Position numbers and translations under genes: made by a program
Source: a virus
Taxonomy: Duplodnaviria > Caudoviricetes
IMG/VR virus record: IMGVR_UViG_2885633469_000002
Span: 82,103 to 146,102 of that record
Direction: 5' to 3' (one strand)
DNA: 64,000 bases
In this document: piece by piece, positions 20,172 through 31,149 of the stretch
How the letters are laid out: every line of letters begins with the position of its first letter
Position numbering within the stretch: the stretch's first letter is position 1
Notes under the pieces: model-generated
Database searches by the model: none
The model's input: only the letters and a program-made list of their open reading frames with translations
What the model was told of the DNA's origin: nothing

Positions 20172-20574
20172 AAGCAGACAGGGCATAATTTATAATATAG
20201 ATTTTGTAAAAAACTATAAAGAAGAGTTTGTAAAAGAAATTAAAAATAAATTTGGTAATATGCTAGAAATTGCTTAAACTAGTATTAATATAAAAAATAA
20301 ATTTTATCATATAATGACTTTACCAGAAGGCTTTTAAAACCATTTAAATCAATTTAAGGTGTAATTATATTTGTAAAATTAAAATCGTTTAAAAGTCCTT
20401 ACATTAAGTTTTAGATTAGAATAAATATTTTTTATTAAATTAAAAATAATTTAATAAAAAGCATTGACATTACTTATAATATAGTGTAATATTATAATTG
20501 TAGTAAGGAGATAGAAAAAATAAATAATAATTCAAAACAATTTAATAATTAAATAAACGGGAGTTGTTACATAA

Positions 20575-21156
20575 ATGAAAATATTAAATTTAAAAATAGG
20601 TCAAAAGGTATCAATTTTAAAATCACACGATTTAGTACCAACTTTATACAAAGGAGTTTTAAAAGGTTATTATTTTAGCAATTTTGCACAATATAGAAAT
20701 GCATTATATATGTATATACAACGTCCAAGAGCTAAAAAAGTAGATAGAATTATTTTAATAGAAAATGAAACATTTTTCATTTTTGATAGTTATAAATTTA
20801 AAGACACACATAAAAAAGAAGTAATAAAAGATACTAAAGAAATAACACATACATTATTGAATAGATGGACATATTCAGATTTAAAAGATAACAAAGATTT
20901 AGTTTTTGCTCATAAATACAGTGAAAAATTTGAAGGTGTTGAAGATGATTTTAATACATTTGTAGACCTAACAGGAGATTATATATGTTGTAATAACATA
21001 AAGCCGAAAGAAGCTGTTAAAAGTGAAAAATATATAAATTACATTAAAGAGTTAATACAAGGCTTTAACGTAAATAATCTATTAGTTACTGCTAAAGAAT
21101 TGGAGTTTTGTATATTAGAGGATTGTTTAAAACAAGCTATAAATTATAACTGGTAA
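20575..21156 (+). CDS. hypothetical early protein
   Basis: TTGACA promoter, GGGAGTTGTT RBS. Confidence 0.65.
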   Translation: MKILNLKIGQKVSILKSHDLVPTLYKGVLKGYYFSNFAQYRNALYMYIQRPRAKKVDRIILIENETFFIFDSYKFKDTHKKEVIKDTKEITHTLLNRWTYSDLKDNKDLVFAHKYSEKFEGVEDDFNTFVDLTGDYICCNNIKPKEAVKSEKYINYIKELIQGFNVNNLLVTAKELEFCILEDCLKQAINYNW

Positions 21157-21196
21157 CTTAAAATAATTTAATGAATTCCAATTAGGAGGGTTTTAT

Positions 21197-21391
21197 ATGA
21201 TATTTTGTGCAGATATTAGAGAGAAAAAAACAGGAAATACAATTAAAACGGTTTTAAAAACTGCTTCACATGATGAAGCATATCAAGCCGTTAATGAATA
21301 TAATAAAGAGTATGGAACATTCGCAATACTATTACAAGAATATCCAAAGAAAAAATATTTTATAGATATTTACAAAGATGAAATAGAATAG
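21197..21391 (+). CDS. hypothetical protein
   Basis: AGGAGGG RBS. Confidence 0.6.
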   Translation: MIFCADIREKKTGNTIKTVLKTASHDEAYQAVNEYNKEYGTFAILLQEYPKKKYFIDIYKDEIE

Positions 21392-21454
21392 AATAGAATA
21401 ACTTAAAATGTAGATTTTAAATCAAAATATCTTATATTAACAGGAGGATTCACA

Positions 21455-21712
21455 ATGACAAAAATAAAAGTGTTTAATTTTGAAGTTTCTAATTTTGCAT
21501 ATCATGCAAGTGGTGAAGATTTAATTAGAGAATGGTATAAAAAACAAGTAAAAAAATTAGTACCTTATAGTGATATTGAAAAAATATTAAATAAATTTTT
21601 AGAAAATAAAACATTGATAAGTTTAAACGTTAATACTGTAGATGCTTATTATCATAATAATGGTAGGGCAAACATAATCCAGTTAGTTTATACTATAATT
21701 TATTCTGAATAG
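21455..21712 (+). CDS. hypothetical protein
   Basis: AGGAGG RBS. Confidence 0.6.
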   Translation: MTKIKVFNFEVSNFAYHASGEDLIREWYKKQVKKLVPYSDIEKILNKFLENKTLISLNVNTVDAYYHNNGRANIIQLVYTIIYSE

Positions 21713-21722
21713 AAATAAAATC

Positions 21723-21835
21723 CTAGGCTATAGACATATAACAGATTTAAGCCTATAGCCTAAATTTAAATTTTAATATGAGTTATCAAAAATAAAAATT
21801 CTATAACAGAAAAGCTTTGATAATTGATATAAAAA
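21723..21835 (+). repeat. double-hairpin element with TATAACAG loops (copy 1; copy 2 at 46402-46505)
   Basis: TAGGCTATAG..CTATAGCCTA and GAGTTATCAAA..TTTGATAATT stems in both copies. Confidence 0.8.
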
Positions 21836-21858
21836 TTTAAAGAGGAGTTGTTACATAA

Positions 21859-22425
21859 ATGAAAAAAGATTATATAATTGAGCAAACAGCCGAAACAGTT
21901 TGGTTTTATAAATTTACAGATGTAAATGAAAAAGGTGAAAAATTAATTCTTGAATTGTCTTTATGTGAAGATTGGAAGAAAGATAAAAATTCACTACCTA
22001 AACTATGGAAAAAAGAAGGATATATTGACAGGGTTTTAGAAACGTATTGGAGCATTCAAACGTATGTCGAAGATACAGAAGGAAACAGTTATGGTATGTA
22101 TAACCCACAAAGCAAAAGAGAAAATGGAAGAAATGTTATAAATTTTGATTGGATGTTTGAAGCTACAGAAGAGAATAAGGAAAAATTAATTAATGAGGTT
22201 TACAGACTATTTTCAGCAGCTAAAGGAGAAACAGCAACAGAAGAAAAGCATAGAAAAATAAGAGAATACGCAAAAGAACACAATATTGATATTTATAAGA
22301 CTATTCCAAAAGGGTGGAAAGAATTAAATGGTGCTTTAACTGCTCCGATGGGTACGGTTTGGGTAAGTAACATGGAATTATTTAAAAGTGGAAATTTAAA
22401 AAGAGGTATATTACTTGCAGATTAG
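21859..22425 (+). CDS. hypothetical early protein
   Basis: GAGGAGTTGTT RBS. Confidence 0.7.
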   Translation: MKKDYIIEQTAETVWFYKFTDVNEKGEKLILELSLCEDWKKDKNSLPKLWKKEGYIDRVLETYWSIQTYVEDTEGNSYGMYNPQSKRENGRNVINFDWMFEATEENKEKLINEVYRLFSAAKGETATEEKHRKIREYAKEHNIDIYKTIPKGWKELNGALTAPMGTVWVSNMELFKSGNLKRGILLAD

Positions 22426-22461
22426 TAGTTGGTAAATAAAAAATCAAAGGAGTTGTTTTAA

Positions 22462-22672
22462 ATGAATAATAATATAGAAGGTTATCACAAGGATTGGAAC
22501 AAAATTCAAGAGGTTAAAAGCAATTTATTCAAAGGTATAAAAATAGATAGTTTAATAAATCTAAGAGATACAGCAGAATCAGAAGTAACAAAGAACAAAA
22601 TTCAAAATATAATACATGATATAGGCAACATGATGAATGGTATTAGTGATAGTTTAGACGATTTACAATCAT
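22462..22672 (+). pseudogene. hypothetical gene interrupted by IS
   Basis: Runs into the IS left end; an open frame EEDLHDLEMKEY..NID* follows the right end (about 24897-24995). Confidence 0.55.
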
Positions 22673-22791
22673 GTGCGGAAAGCCCACTCCTTCAGGTGTG
22701 GGATGGATAGCACACAATAATATAAAAAACATTTTTAATAATTGTGTATAAATATATTGACTACATACACAATAAGTTATATAATATACTT

Positions 22792-23193
22792 ATGGAAAAT
22801 AATTATAGAAGTACTAAAACAACAGTAAGTTTAATTAATTATCATTTTGTGTTTTGTCCAAGATATAGAAGGAAAATATTTAATATTCCTAATGTAGAAG
22901 ATAGGTTTAAACATATAGTCAAATATATATGTAAGGAGTTGAATATTGAAATAATTGCTATTGAATGTGATAAAGACCATACACATATGTTTCTAAATTG
23001 TCTTCCAACATTAAGCCCCTCAGATATAATGCAAAAAATAAAAGGTGTAACAAGTAGGATATTAAGAGATGAATTTAAGGAATTATCAAAGATGCCTAGT
23101 TTATGGACTAGAAGCTATTTTGTTTCAACTGCTGGAAATGTGTGTAGTGAAACTATTAAAAGATATGTAGAAAATCAAAAAACAAGATATTAG
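22792..23193 (+). CDS. tnpA: Y1 transposase
   Basis: YHFVFCPRYRR, HUH (DHTH), LWTRSYF, YVENQ. Confidence 0.92.
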   Translation: MENNYRSTKTTVSLINYHFVFCPRYRRKIFNIPNVEDRFKHIVKYICKELNIEIIAIECDKDHTHMFLNCLPTLSPSDIMQKIKGVTSRILRDEFKELSKMPSLWTRSYFVSTAGNVCSETIKRYVENQKTRY

Positions 23194-23211
23194 AAAGTGA
23201 GGTGAATATTC

Positions 23212-24729
23212 ATGAGTAAAACTCCTAAACAAAGATATGTTTTAAATTTAAAGTTAAAAACTCAATTATTTCAAGAAGATATATTAGATAAGCGTTTTGA
23301 TATAGGAAGAAAAATATATAATGCTGTTTTAGGTCAAGCTTTAAAGAGATATAGAGAAATGATTAAAACTAAAAGATGGAGAGAAAATCAAAATAATATA
23401 TTAAATGTATACAAAGTTCACAAAGATGGTAAAGAAAGAAATAAACTTTACAAACCATATTTTAATATTAAAAACGATATGTTGAAAGAATTTAGATTAA
23501 ATGAATATTCACTTCACGCAGATGTTAAACCAATACAAAGACATTTTAAAAAGAATATAGATAGTTTCAGTGCCCAAAAGATAGCAAGTAGAGTTTGGAT
23601 TTCCTTGAATGATAATTTATTTGGAAAAGGCGAAGAAGTACATTTTAAAGGTATAAACAAACCATTGAATTCCTTGGAAGGTAAATCTAATGGTACTGGT
23701 ATTAGATATAATATAGAAACTAATATGTTCTCATGGAATGGGTTAGAAATACCAGTTAAATTAGATATTAATAATAAATATGAAACAGATGCTTTAAGAG
23801 ATAAAATTTGTTTTTGTAGAATTAAAAGAAAATTTGTTCGTGGAAAATACAAATACATTTTACAATTAATATTAGAAGGAATTCCTCCTATTAAAATTAA
23901 TAAGCAAGGTGAAGTTAAGAATGATATAGGTTTAGGCGTTTGTGGTATTGATATTGGCACTCAAACAGTTGCTTATATATCTGATTATGATTGTAAATTA
24001 TTAGAATTAGTACCTAGAGTTCAAAATATAGAAAATGAAAAAAGAAAAATATTAAGATATATGGATAGAAGTAAAAGAGCAACTAATCCTAATAATTTTA
24101 ATGAAAATGGTACTATCAAACGTGGTATTAAATTGGAGTGGAATTATTCAAAGAGGTATATAAAAGCAAAGAATATCCTTAAAGATTTATATAGAAAACA
24201 AGCAGATGTAAGAGAACAAGACCATAATATAATGATTAATGAAATACTAAGAAATTGTGATACTGTTTATGTAGAAGATATGAACTATAAGGGATTACAA
24301 AAACGTAGCAAAATCACAGAAAAGAATGATAAGGGTAAGTTTAAAAGAAAGAAACGTTTTGGTAAATCATTAGCAAATAAAGCACCAAGTATGTTTTTAA
24401 CTATGTTACAAAATAAATTAAAAGCTAAGGGTGGTTTATATAAAGAGGTAAATACTAGAGAAGTTAAAGCATCTCAATATAATCATTTAAATCAAGAATA
24501 TAATAAAAAGAAATTAAGTCAAAGATGGAATTATTTTAATTATAATGAAGAACAAATTAAAGTTCAGAGAGATATTTATAGTGCATATTTAATAAAAAAT
24601 GTAAATGATGATTTAAAAAGTATAAATAATGAATTATGTATAAAAGATTTTGATAAATTTCTAAAAATGCATAACAAAGAAATATTAAGACTACAAGGAT
24701 TAAGTAATTTAAGTAGTATGGGAATATAA
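23212..24729 (+). CDS. tnpB: TnpB RNA-guided nuclease, long form without Zn finger
   Basis: RuvC motifs GIDIG, VEDM and QRDIYSA intact. Confidence 0.85.
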   Translation: MSKTPKQRYVLNLKLKTQLFQEDILDKRFDIGRKIYNAVLGQALKRYREMIKTKRWRENQNNILNVYKVHKDGKERNKLYKPYFNIKNDMLKEFRLNEYSLHADVKPIQRHFKKNIDSFSAQKIASRVWISLNDNLFGKGEEVHFKGINKPLNSLEGKSNGTGIRYNIETNMFSWNGLEIPVKLDINNKYETDALRDKICFCRIKRKFVRGKYKYILQLILEGIPPIKINKQGEVKNDIGLGVCGIDIGTQTVAYISDYDCKLLELVPRVQNIENEKRKILRYMDRSKRATNPNNFNENGTIKRGIKLEWNYSKRYIKAKNILKDLYRKQADVREQDHNIMINEILRNCDTVYVEDMNYKGLQKRSKITEKNDKGKFKRKKRFGKSLANKAPSMFLTMLQNKLKAKGGLYKEVNTREVKASQYNHLNQEYNKKKLSQRWNYFNYNEEQIKVQRDIYSAYLIKNVNDDLKSINNELCIKDFDKFLKMHNKEILRLQGLSNLSSMGI

Positions 24730-25101
24730 AAAACAATAAACGTCTTAAAACGGGCGTTATACTATCGTTAATATGGTCATGGGACTGTTTGATAGTGAAA
24801 GTCTTAGGGAAAATAATTAGTGATATTATACTTTCGAGGTAATATAGAAGTTATTTAGTACCTAAGAACCCCATGCCTTTAGGCTTGGGAGTTTCAGAGG
24901 AAGATTTGCACGACTTGGAAATGAAGGAATATACAAAAGATTGGACTGCTCAAGAATGGGCAGAATATCATATGTCATGCAATAATATAGATTAAGATAT
25001 AAATAATTATAGGGGTTATAGGGATTATTTTAAATCCTATACAACAGAAAAAGTCCTGTAACTCCTATAATAACAAATAATTTAAAAGGTGGTTATCGAA
25101 T

Positions 25102-25467
25102 ATGAAAAAGTATATAATTAATAACACTAATAATTTAACTTTTCAAACTAGAGACAAAGCGGACGAATATGCAGAGGAAGTTTTAAAATTAAAAAAATAT
25201 ATTATTACTGATAAAGTTAGTAATCAGATATGGGAATATGAACTAACAAAAACAGGATATAAGTACAGAATATCATCTCTTCAAGCAAGTTCAAGTAAAT
25301 ACGGCAAATGTAAATGTTGTGGTAAACATGTTAGTGAAGTATTCCTTCAAGATGAAGCAAGATATCTTAAATATGAAGAAAATGAAGAAATTGATAACGG
25401 ATATACCTGTCATAGATGTAATAATTATGTTGGTCATAAAGAATGTTTAGAAGCTAAAAGAAGATAA
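25102..25467 (+). CDS. hypothetical Cys/His-containing protein
   Basis: YGKCKCCG..GHKECL. Confidence 0.65.
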   Translation: MKKYIINNTNNLTFQTRDKADEYAEEVLKLKKYIITDKVSNQIWEYELTKTGYKYRISSLQASSSKYGKCKCCGKHVSEVFLQDEARYLKYEENEEIDNGYTCHRCNNYVGHKECLEAKRR

Positions 25468-25559
25468 TCGTATATAATATAATTTAATAAAAGGTAGGTT
25501 TTATAAAAATGAAATGAAAAGGATGATTTATTATAAAATTTAATACAGAAAAAGAGGCT

Positions 25560-25937
25560 ATGGAATTTGCAGGTGAATCTTATAAAAAACAAGATTGTAT
25601 GACTATTATGAAACATTCACAAAATACAAATAAGTTTCTTAATGAATTTACAAGCAAATACAAAAGACAGATTGGAGAGCCTAACATACAATACGAAAAC
25701 AATCAATATTTTTATGTGGAGTTTGATAAAGAGTCTTGTTTTAATTGTAAAGATTTAATATTAAGTGAAGAAGAAGTAAAATCTAAGCATCCATATCAAT
25801 ATTATAATATTCAATATGAAGAAATGCTTAAAGATAGTAATAATTGGGTGTTTGACGAGTATATAACAAAAAAAATGATAAAAAATAGAAATGAGATATT
25901 TAAGGGCATATGTAAAGTTTTTATGAGAATAGGTTAA
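25560..25937 (+). CDS. hypothetical protein
   Basis: ORF on the local coding strand; start uncertain. Confidence 0.5.
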   Translation: MEFAGESYKKQDCMTIMKHSQNTNKFLNEFTSKYKRQIGEPNIQYENNQYFYVEFDKESCFNCKDLILSEEEVKSKHPYQYYNIQYEEMLKDSNNWVFDEYITKKMIKNRNEIFKGICKVFMRIG

Positions 25938-26162
25938 CCAAAATAAAAACATGTATTTTGGTTTCAGTGGGAAATTTATTATATATTTTCTTATTAATCT
26001 TTTTATGTATTCTTGCATGGGGTTAATATGATGTAATAAATGTCAAATTTTATTAAAAATAATTTTAAAATATAAATAATTACTATTGACTTATATAAAA
26101 CAATTTGATAAAATATAATTAAAGATAAGGACAGAAATTAAATAAAAGGGAGTTGTTGAGAA

Positions 26163-26462
26163 ATGAAAAAATTAATAAATAATTATAAAGAACTTAAAAA
26201 AGGTATTTATCAATTAAAACCTTTAAATAATAAAGGAGAATATGCAAATATAAATACTAATACAGGAATCATTATATATTATAAAAAAGTTACTAATATG
26301 CCTATGCCTGCGAGTAAAATTACAATTAAGGAATTTGAAAAGGAATTAAATAAAAATAATGCTAAATGGTTATTAAAAGACTATAAAGCATGGCGAGGGA
26401 AATATCCAGAAGCTTATAATAATATGATAGATAAAATTAATCAAGGAGATATTTTACAATAA
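26163..26462 (+). CDS. hypothetical early protein
   Basis: Promoter with operator-like motif, GGGAGTTGTT RBS. Confidence 0.65.
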   Translation: MKKLINNYKELKKGIYQLKPLNNKGEYANINTNTGIIIYYKKVTNMPMPASKITIKEFEKELNKNNAKWLLKDYKAWRGKYPEAYNNMIDKINQGDILQ

Positions 26463-26474
26463 AAATTTTAGGAG

Positions 26475-26849
26475 GTGTATTTAATGGAGCATTATAATAT
26501 TAATTTTGAAAAAGCAAAATTAATGAATATATATAAATATTCAAAATATGTAAATAACATAGAAGAATATTTTAAAAATTATAAAAATCAAGATAAGGAA
26601 ATTTTAGCAGATTTAGAGTTCGGAAATATTGCTATAGAATTGAATGTTGATAATGTTGACGGTGTAAAATCACTAGATTACTATGTTTGTTCCAAATGTT
26701 CTGAAGACCATTGTAGTAACGGGGGATGGTATAGTGATTATAAGCCATTAGATGATAAAGCGGATTTAGATAATTTAGAAGAAAATATGTATAATTGTTT
26801 AATGAAATATGCAAAAGAAAATAATTTAAAATGGAGCAAGTTAAATTAA
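26475..26849 (+). CDS. hypothetical protein
   Basis: AGGAGG RBS; terminator AAAAGCTGA/TCAGCTTTTTT follows. Confidence 0.65.
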   Translation: MYLMEHYNINFEKAKLMNIYKYSKYVNNIEEYFKNYKNQDKEILADLEFGNIAIELNVDNVDGVKSLDYYVCSKCSEDHCSNGGWYSDYKPLDDKADLDNLEENMYNCLMKYAKENNLKWSKLN

Positions 26850-27160
26850 AAAAGGAATATACAATAACTTCAAAAGCTGAGTAATATCAGCTTTTTTATA
26901 TTATCTTACTTTACTAGAAGGGATTTAAAGGCATTTAGAATATATTATAGTATAATTACACTTATAAAATTAAAACCGTTTAAAACAGGTTAGAACAAGT
27001 TTTGTATTAAAAATAAAAGGTTTTATTAAATTAAAAATAATTTGATAAATTCTATTGACATTGTATATAATATAGTGTAATATAATAAGTGTCAGGAGGA
27101 AATGAAAACTTACATAGTAATTCAAAATAATTTAATAAAAATAAAAGGAGTTGTTCAAAA

Positions 27161-27571
27161 ATGAATAAATTAATAGGATGTATAAATAATTCAAGTTGCA
27201 AAGTAATAAAAACTAGGTGGTTCTATTTAGATAACAAAAATAATATATGTAAAGATGTAACTAAAGAATTATTTATAATAATAGATAAATTTAATAAAAA
27301 ACAAAGACAAATAAAAGATACTTATCATGTTTTCAATATACCATATGAATATAAGAATGGCTTAACAGAATATAGTCTTGGTTGTGGTTTATCTCATTAT
27401 TTACAAGAGGATTTGTTTGACGAACTTAACAAAGTAGGTAAAAACATATTAACTTTTAATTTAACAGAGTGTAAATTGCAAATGTTGACTAAAAATGATA
27501 TAAATAATATCCTTAACTGTAAAAATAGTTGGGATTTAAATATTGAAGAATCACTAATTGAGAATTTATAA
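27161..27571 (+). CDS. hypothetical early protein
   Basis: TTGACA promoter, AAGGAGTTGTT RBS. Confidence 0.65.
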   Translation: MNKLIGCINNSSCKVIKTRWFYLDNKNNICKDVTKELFIIIDKFNKKQRQIKDTYHVFNIPYEYKNGLTEYSLGCGLSHYLQEDLFDELNKVGKNILTFNLTECKLQMLTKNDINNILNCKNSWDLNIEESLIENL

Positions 27572-27681
27572 AATAAATTAAGTTAAAATATACTAATGAC
27601 TTCTATTTTTACAATACTATTAGAATTATGATAAAATAAATTATATAACAAAGCTAATATTAAAAGGAGATTATAGAGACA

Positions 27682-27912
27682 ATGATAAAAATTGAAGTTA
27701 TAAATAAAATAGGTGTAAAGATAGATGAATATATTAATAATACAGGAGCGACAAAGACATGGATTGCTAAACAATTGGGATATAAAACAAGACAGTCATT
27801 AGATGGAGCTGTAAACTCAACAAATTTAACTATAAAGACTATAGGATTATTTTCAACTTTTCTTAATTGTAAGCCAGAGGAACTATACGAGATAAAGGTA
27901 GTGAAAGAATAG
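27682..27912 (+). CDS. XRE-family HTH regulator
   Basis: TKTWIAKQLGYKTRQSL..LNCKPEELY. Confidence 0.75.
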   Translation: MIKIEVINKIGVKIDEYINNTGATKTWIAKQLGYKTRQSLDGAVNSTNLTIKTIGLFSTFLNCKPEELYEIKVVKE

Positions 27913-28074
27913 AAATTTATATTTTAAATAAAGGAAAGATAAATTTTAAAATATAGCAAATTATATATTGACATTCTTAATTAATAGGTGTATTATAATA
28001 TTTGTAAGGTGATTGAAGGAAATTAAGTAAAAAATAAACACCTTGCAAATATTATAATAAAGGATTGATAAATT

Positions 28075-28359
28075 ATGATAAAAAATTTATTAAATGTATT
28101 AAAAAAGACATCTATGATAAGTTGGGTCACAAATGATGATGTGCCTACTATGTTTAATATTAAAGTTAAAAATACCAACAATGAAATTATTATGATAGGG
28201 AATGTACTCGTACAAGAAGCTACAGCAGAAATGAATATCTTACATAATTACGAATTAAAAATAAATAAAAATAATTTGACTAAATTTAATAAAAGTTTAG
28301 ATGATATCTTAACAATATTTTGTAATGATTATAACAAAGAATTAATATTAAATTGTTAA
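28075..28359 (+). CDS. hypothetical protein (paralog of 30856-31149)
   Basis: Shared MIKNLLNVL.KTSMISW.TN.DVPTMFNIK. Confidence 0.75.
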   Translation: MIKNLLNVLKKTSMISWVTNDDVPTMFNIKVKNTNNEIIMIGNVLVQEATAEMNILHNYELKINKNNLTKFNKSLDDILTIFCNDYNKELILNC

Positions 28360-28411
28360 TATAAAATAAAAATAATTTAAAAAATATTTATTAATGAGGA
28401 GAGTGTATTAA

Positions 28412-29164
28412 ATGAAAAAAGAACAAATGGAAACAAAATTAATTAATTTTAATGGAGATGAATTGTTAGGCATTAAAACAAAAGAAAATAATATTTATTT
28501 AGGTGTTAAAAAGGCTTGTTTAGATATTGGATTTAATGAAAGACAATCAAAATATCAAGTCGAAAAATTATCAGATGATTTAGTTTTAAATAAAGGTGTC
28601 CGAAATTTTGTACTACCTTCAAGAGGAGGAAAACAGGAAACTGTATGTTTACACGAAGATTTAGTTACTCTATGGTTAGCTAAAATAACATTAACTCCAA
28701 AAATGCAGAAAGAAAATCCAAGAGTAATAGAAAAGTTAATTAAATATCAATTACAATGTGCAAAAGTTCTTCATGATGCTTTTATGGGTACGGAAGAAAA
28801 GAAGAAAGATTTCTACAATGAAATAGGATTAAAAGGTAAAATAGTAGAACTTCAAGACAATGTACAAGGTTTAACAAATGAATTACATCAAACTAGAGAA
28901 ACGTTAGATACTTTAATAGATAACTCTGTAATTAATAGTTATCAAGCACAAAAATTAAATAAATTAGCTAGAAATAGAGTTAAAGAATTATCAGGTGGAA
29001 GTATTCAAACAAAAGAATATAAAAAGAATTCAAGAATGTATTTTAAAAGATTATGGAATAATTTAAATGACACTTTAATGGTAAGTACATATAAAGATAT
29101 AAATCCAATGGATTATGAAAAAGCTATTCACATAATTGAGTCATGGGAAAATACAGTATATTAA
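28412..29164 (+). CDS. phage antirepressor (P22_AR_N-like plus ORF6C-like)
   Basis: INFNGDEL..VKKACLDIG..GGKQETVCL..LWLAKI; C-terminal VSTYKDI..YEKAIHIIESW. Confidence 0.8.
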   Translation: MKKEQMETKLINFNGDELLGIKTKENNIYLGVKKACLDIGFNERQSKYQVEKLSDDLVLNKGVRNFVLPSRGGKQETVCLHEDLVTLWLAKITLTPKMQKENPRVIEKLIKYQLQCAKVLHDAFMGTEEKKKDFYNEIGLKGKIVELQDNVQGLTNELHQTRETLDTLIDNSVINSYQAQKLNKLARNRVKELSGGSIQTKEYKKNSRMYFKRLWNNLNDTLMVSTYKDINPMDYEKAIHIIESWENTVY

Positions 29165-29330
29165 AATATATCAATAAAAAGTTGGGTATAACTAAAAATT
29201 ATATCCAACTATATAAAATAATTCAACAACAAATGAAAGATTACAAAGGGTTTGATTTTAAGTATTTATAATCTTTACTGCTAGAAGATAAAAAAGATGT
29301 TATAATAAATATAAGAGGAGTTGGGAAAAC

Positions 29331-29678
29331 ATGTATAAAAATGAATATTTGGAAAAAGGCATAGAAAATGCAAAAGGGAATGAATATTTGTTGCGAGGGT
29401 ATATTCATACTCAAAATAATAAGTATAATGAATTAGTAATTAATGATTTAGGTTTTATCAGTAATAACATAGATGAATTAAAAAATTTTAAAGATGAGCT
29501 TGTAAAAGCAAATATAAAGAAATTTATATTAACAGAATCAAGTTCAGGACTTATGAGTAATTTGCATTGGTTAGATAAGGTTAGCATAAAAATTAAAGGT
29601 GTGAAGAAAGTTTCATATATAGATAAATGGGAGAAGGAAGAATGTTTCAAAGAAGGGTTAGAAATGATAGTGAAATAA
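29331..29678 (+). CDS. hypothetical protein
   Basis: GAGGAGTTG RBS. Confidence 0.65.
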   Translation: MYKNEYLEKGIENAKGNEYLLRGYIHTQNNKYNELVINDLGFISNNIDELKNFKDELVKANIKKFILTESSSGLMSNLHWLDKVSIKIKGVKKVSYIDKWEKEECFKEGLEMIVK

Positions 29679-29737
29679 GTATTTATTATCGAAGTATTGA
29701 ATAAGTATAAAATATAGATATTAAGGAGTGTTTTATT

Positions 29738-30001
29738 GTGGAAAAATATATAGTATGTGGCAAAAATAAAATACCTACAGATAAAGAATATAAAATAGGT
29801 GATAGATTTATGACTAAAAATTTAACACCTATTAAATGTACAAAAATTGAAGAAATTAATAATGAAATATTATATCATTTCATTACTAATGATGAAAATT
29901 TTAATATAGATGAAGCGTTAAATATGCCAGAAGACCCAGCAATTGATAAGCTTTTAGACTTTTTGCAAGAAAATTATAAAAACCAATTGAATAATAAATA
30001 A
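29738..30001 (+). CDS. hypothetical protein
   Basis: AAGGAG RBS; terminator TAAGTAGCTAAT/ATTAGCTACTTA follows. Confidence 0.65.
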   Translation: MEKYIVCGKNKIPTDKEYKIGDRFMTKNLTPIKCTKIEEINNEILYHFITNDENFNIDEALNMPEDPAIDKLLDFLQENYKNQLNNK

Positions 30002-30520
30002 AGATATTCTTAAGTAGCTAATTTAAAATTAGCTACTTATTTTTGTTTTTCTACTAGAATGAATCTCACCACACTATTTGCCAAGCTTTAGCTTGTGCAA
30101 AGGTTCAGTAGGGGTATAATAACACCTATAAAATTAAAATCGTTTAAAACAGCTTAGAATAGCATTTTGTGGATACAATAAAAGATTTTCTTTAATATAA
30201 AATAATTTAATAATTTCTTGACAATATGGATAAAAGTGTTATACTTATAAGTATAGAAAGAAAATACATCAATCAAATTCAATTCAAAAAATCTATTTTG
30301 ACACCTGCAAGGATTAAGACACAAAGCAATCAATAAAAAATAATTTATAATTTTAATCAGGTAGATAAATGATAAAAGAATTAAATCTAAAAGCGTATTA
30401 ATCAATACAGAGGTGATAAAATTTGTTTTTTATTATATGTTTTATAATTCTAATAATATATGCATTTAGCTAACTATGTTATAATTATTGTATTATAATA
30501 TTTAATTTTGGAGGATAATT

Positions 30521-30727
30521 ATGGCAGTAAAAAATAGATTAAAAGAAATAATAGATGGCAAAGGTATAAAGCAAGTATGGTTAGCCAAACATGTAGGAGT
30601 TAATAAATCTACTATATCTAATATAATTAATAATAGATATAAAACTACTATTGAACTGGGGTTTAAAATTGCAGATGTTTTAGGGGTAGAATTTACAGAT
30701 ATTTTTTATTATGAAAAGGAAGATTAG
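30521..30727 (+). CDS. XRE-family HTH regulator
   Basis: NRLKEII..KQVWLAKHVGVNKSTISNI..IADVLGV..DIF. Confidence 0.9.
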   Translation: MAVKNRLKEIIDGKGIKQVWLAKHVGVNKSTISNIINNRYKTTIELGFKIADVLGVEFTDIFYYEKED

Positions 30728-30855
30728 TATTATTATATAATTTTACTAAAATATTCATAAATAAGTATTGACATACGCAACTATAAGGTGTATTATATAT
30801 TTGTAAGGTAAAACAAACCAATTAATCCAAACCTTGCAAATATTATAATAGGGAT

Positions 30856-31149
30856 GTGTTAAATATGATAAAAAATTTATTAAATGTATTAAGAAAAACT
30901 TCTATGATAAGTTGGAACACAAATAATGATGTGCCTACTATGTTTAATATTAAAATTCAGGATAATAATAATGTAATTCTTATTATAGCCGACTTACTTA
31001 TACAAGAAGCTACGGGACAAATGGATATAATACATAATTATAAAATTAAAATAGAAAAAGGTGAATTAATTAAATTTAATAAAAGTTTAGATGGTGTCTT
31101 AACATTATTTTATAAAGATTGTAGTAAAAATTTAATCTTAAGCTACTAA
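30856..31149 (+). CDS. hypothetical protein (paralog of 28075-28359)
   Basis: Clear sequence similarity to the upstream copy. Confidence 0.75.
   Translation: MLNMIKNLLNVLRKTSMISWNTNNDVPTMFNIKIQDNNNVILIIADLLIQEATGQMDIIHNYKIKIEKGELIKFNKSLDGVLTLFYKDCSKNLILSY

Larger units (their letters stand above)
22673..24897 (+). mobile_element. IS200/IS605 element, family B copy 1 (ends approximate)
   Basis: Left hairpin CCCACTCCTTCAGGTGTGGG, tnpA, tnpB, right hairpin CCCCATGCCTTTAGGCTTGGGAGTTTCAG; second copy at 35929. Confidence 0.9.

Noticed and set aside
22301-22320. In-window target of the mini-IS guide (ATTCCAAAAGGGTGGAAA)
   Set aside because: Gapped partial match with no TTGAA TAM.
22673-24897. 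IStron (group I intron-IS hybrid), suggested by the TTCAG end
   Set aside because: Only about 120 bp of mostly AT-rich DNA lies between the left end and tnpA, with no room or motifs for a group I core.
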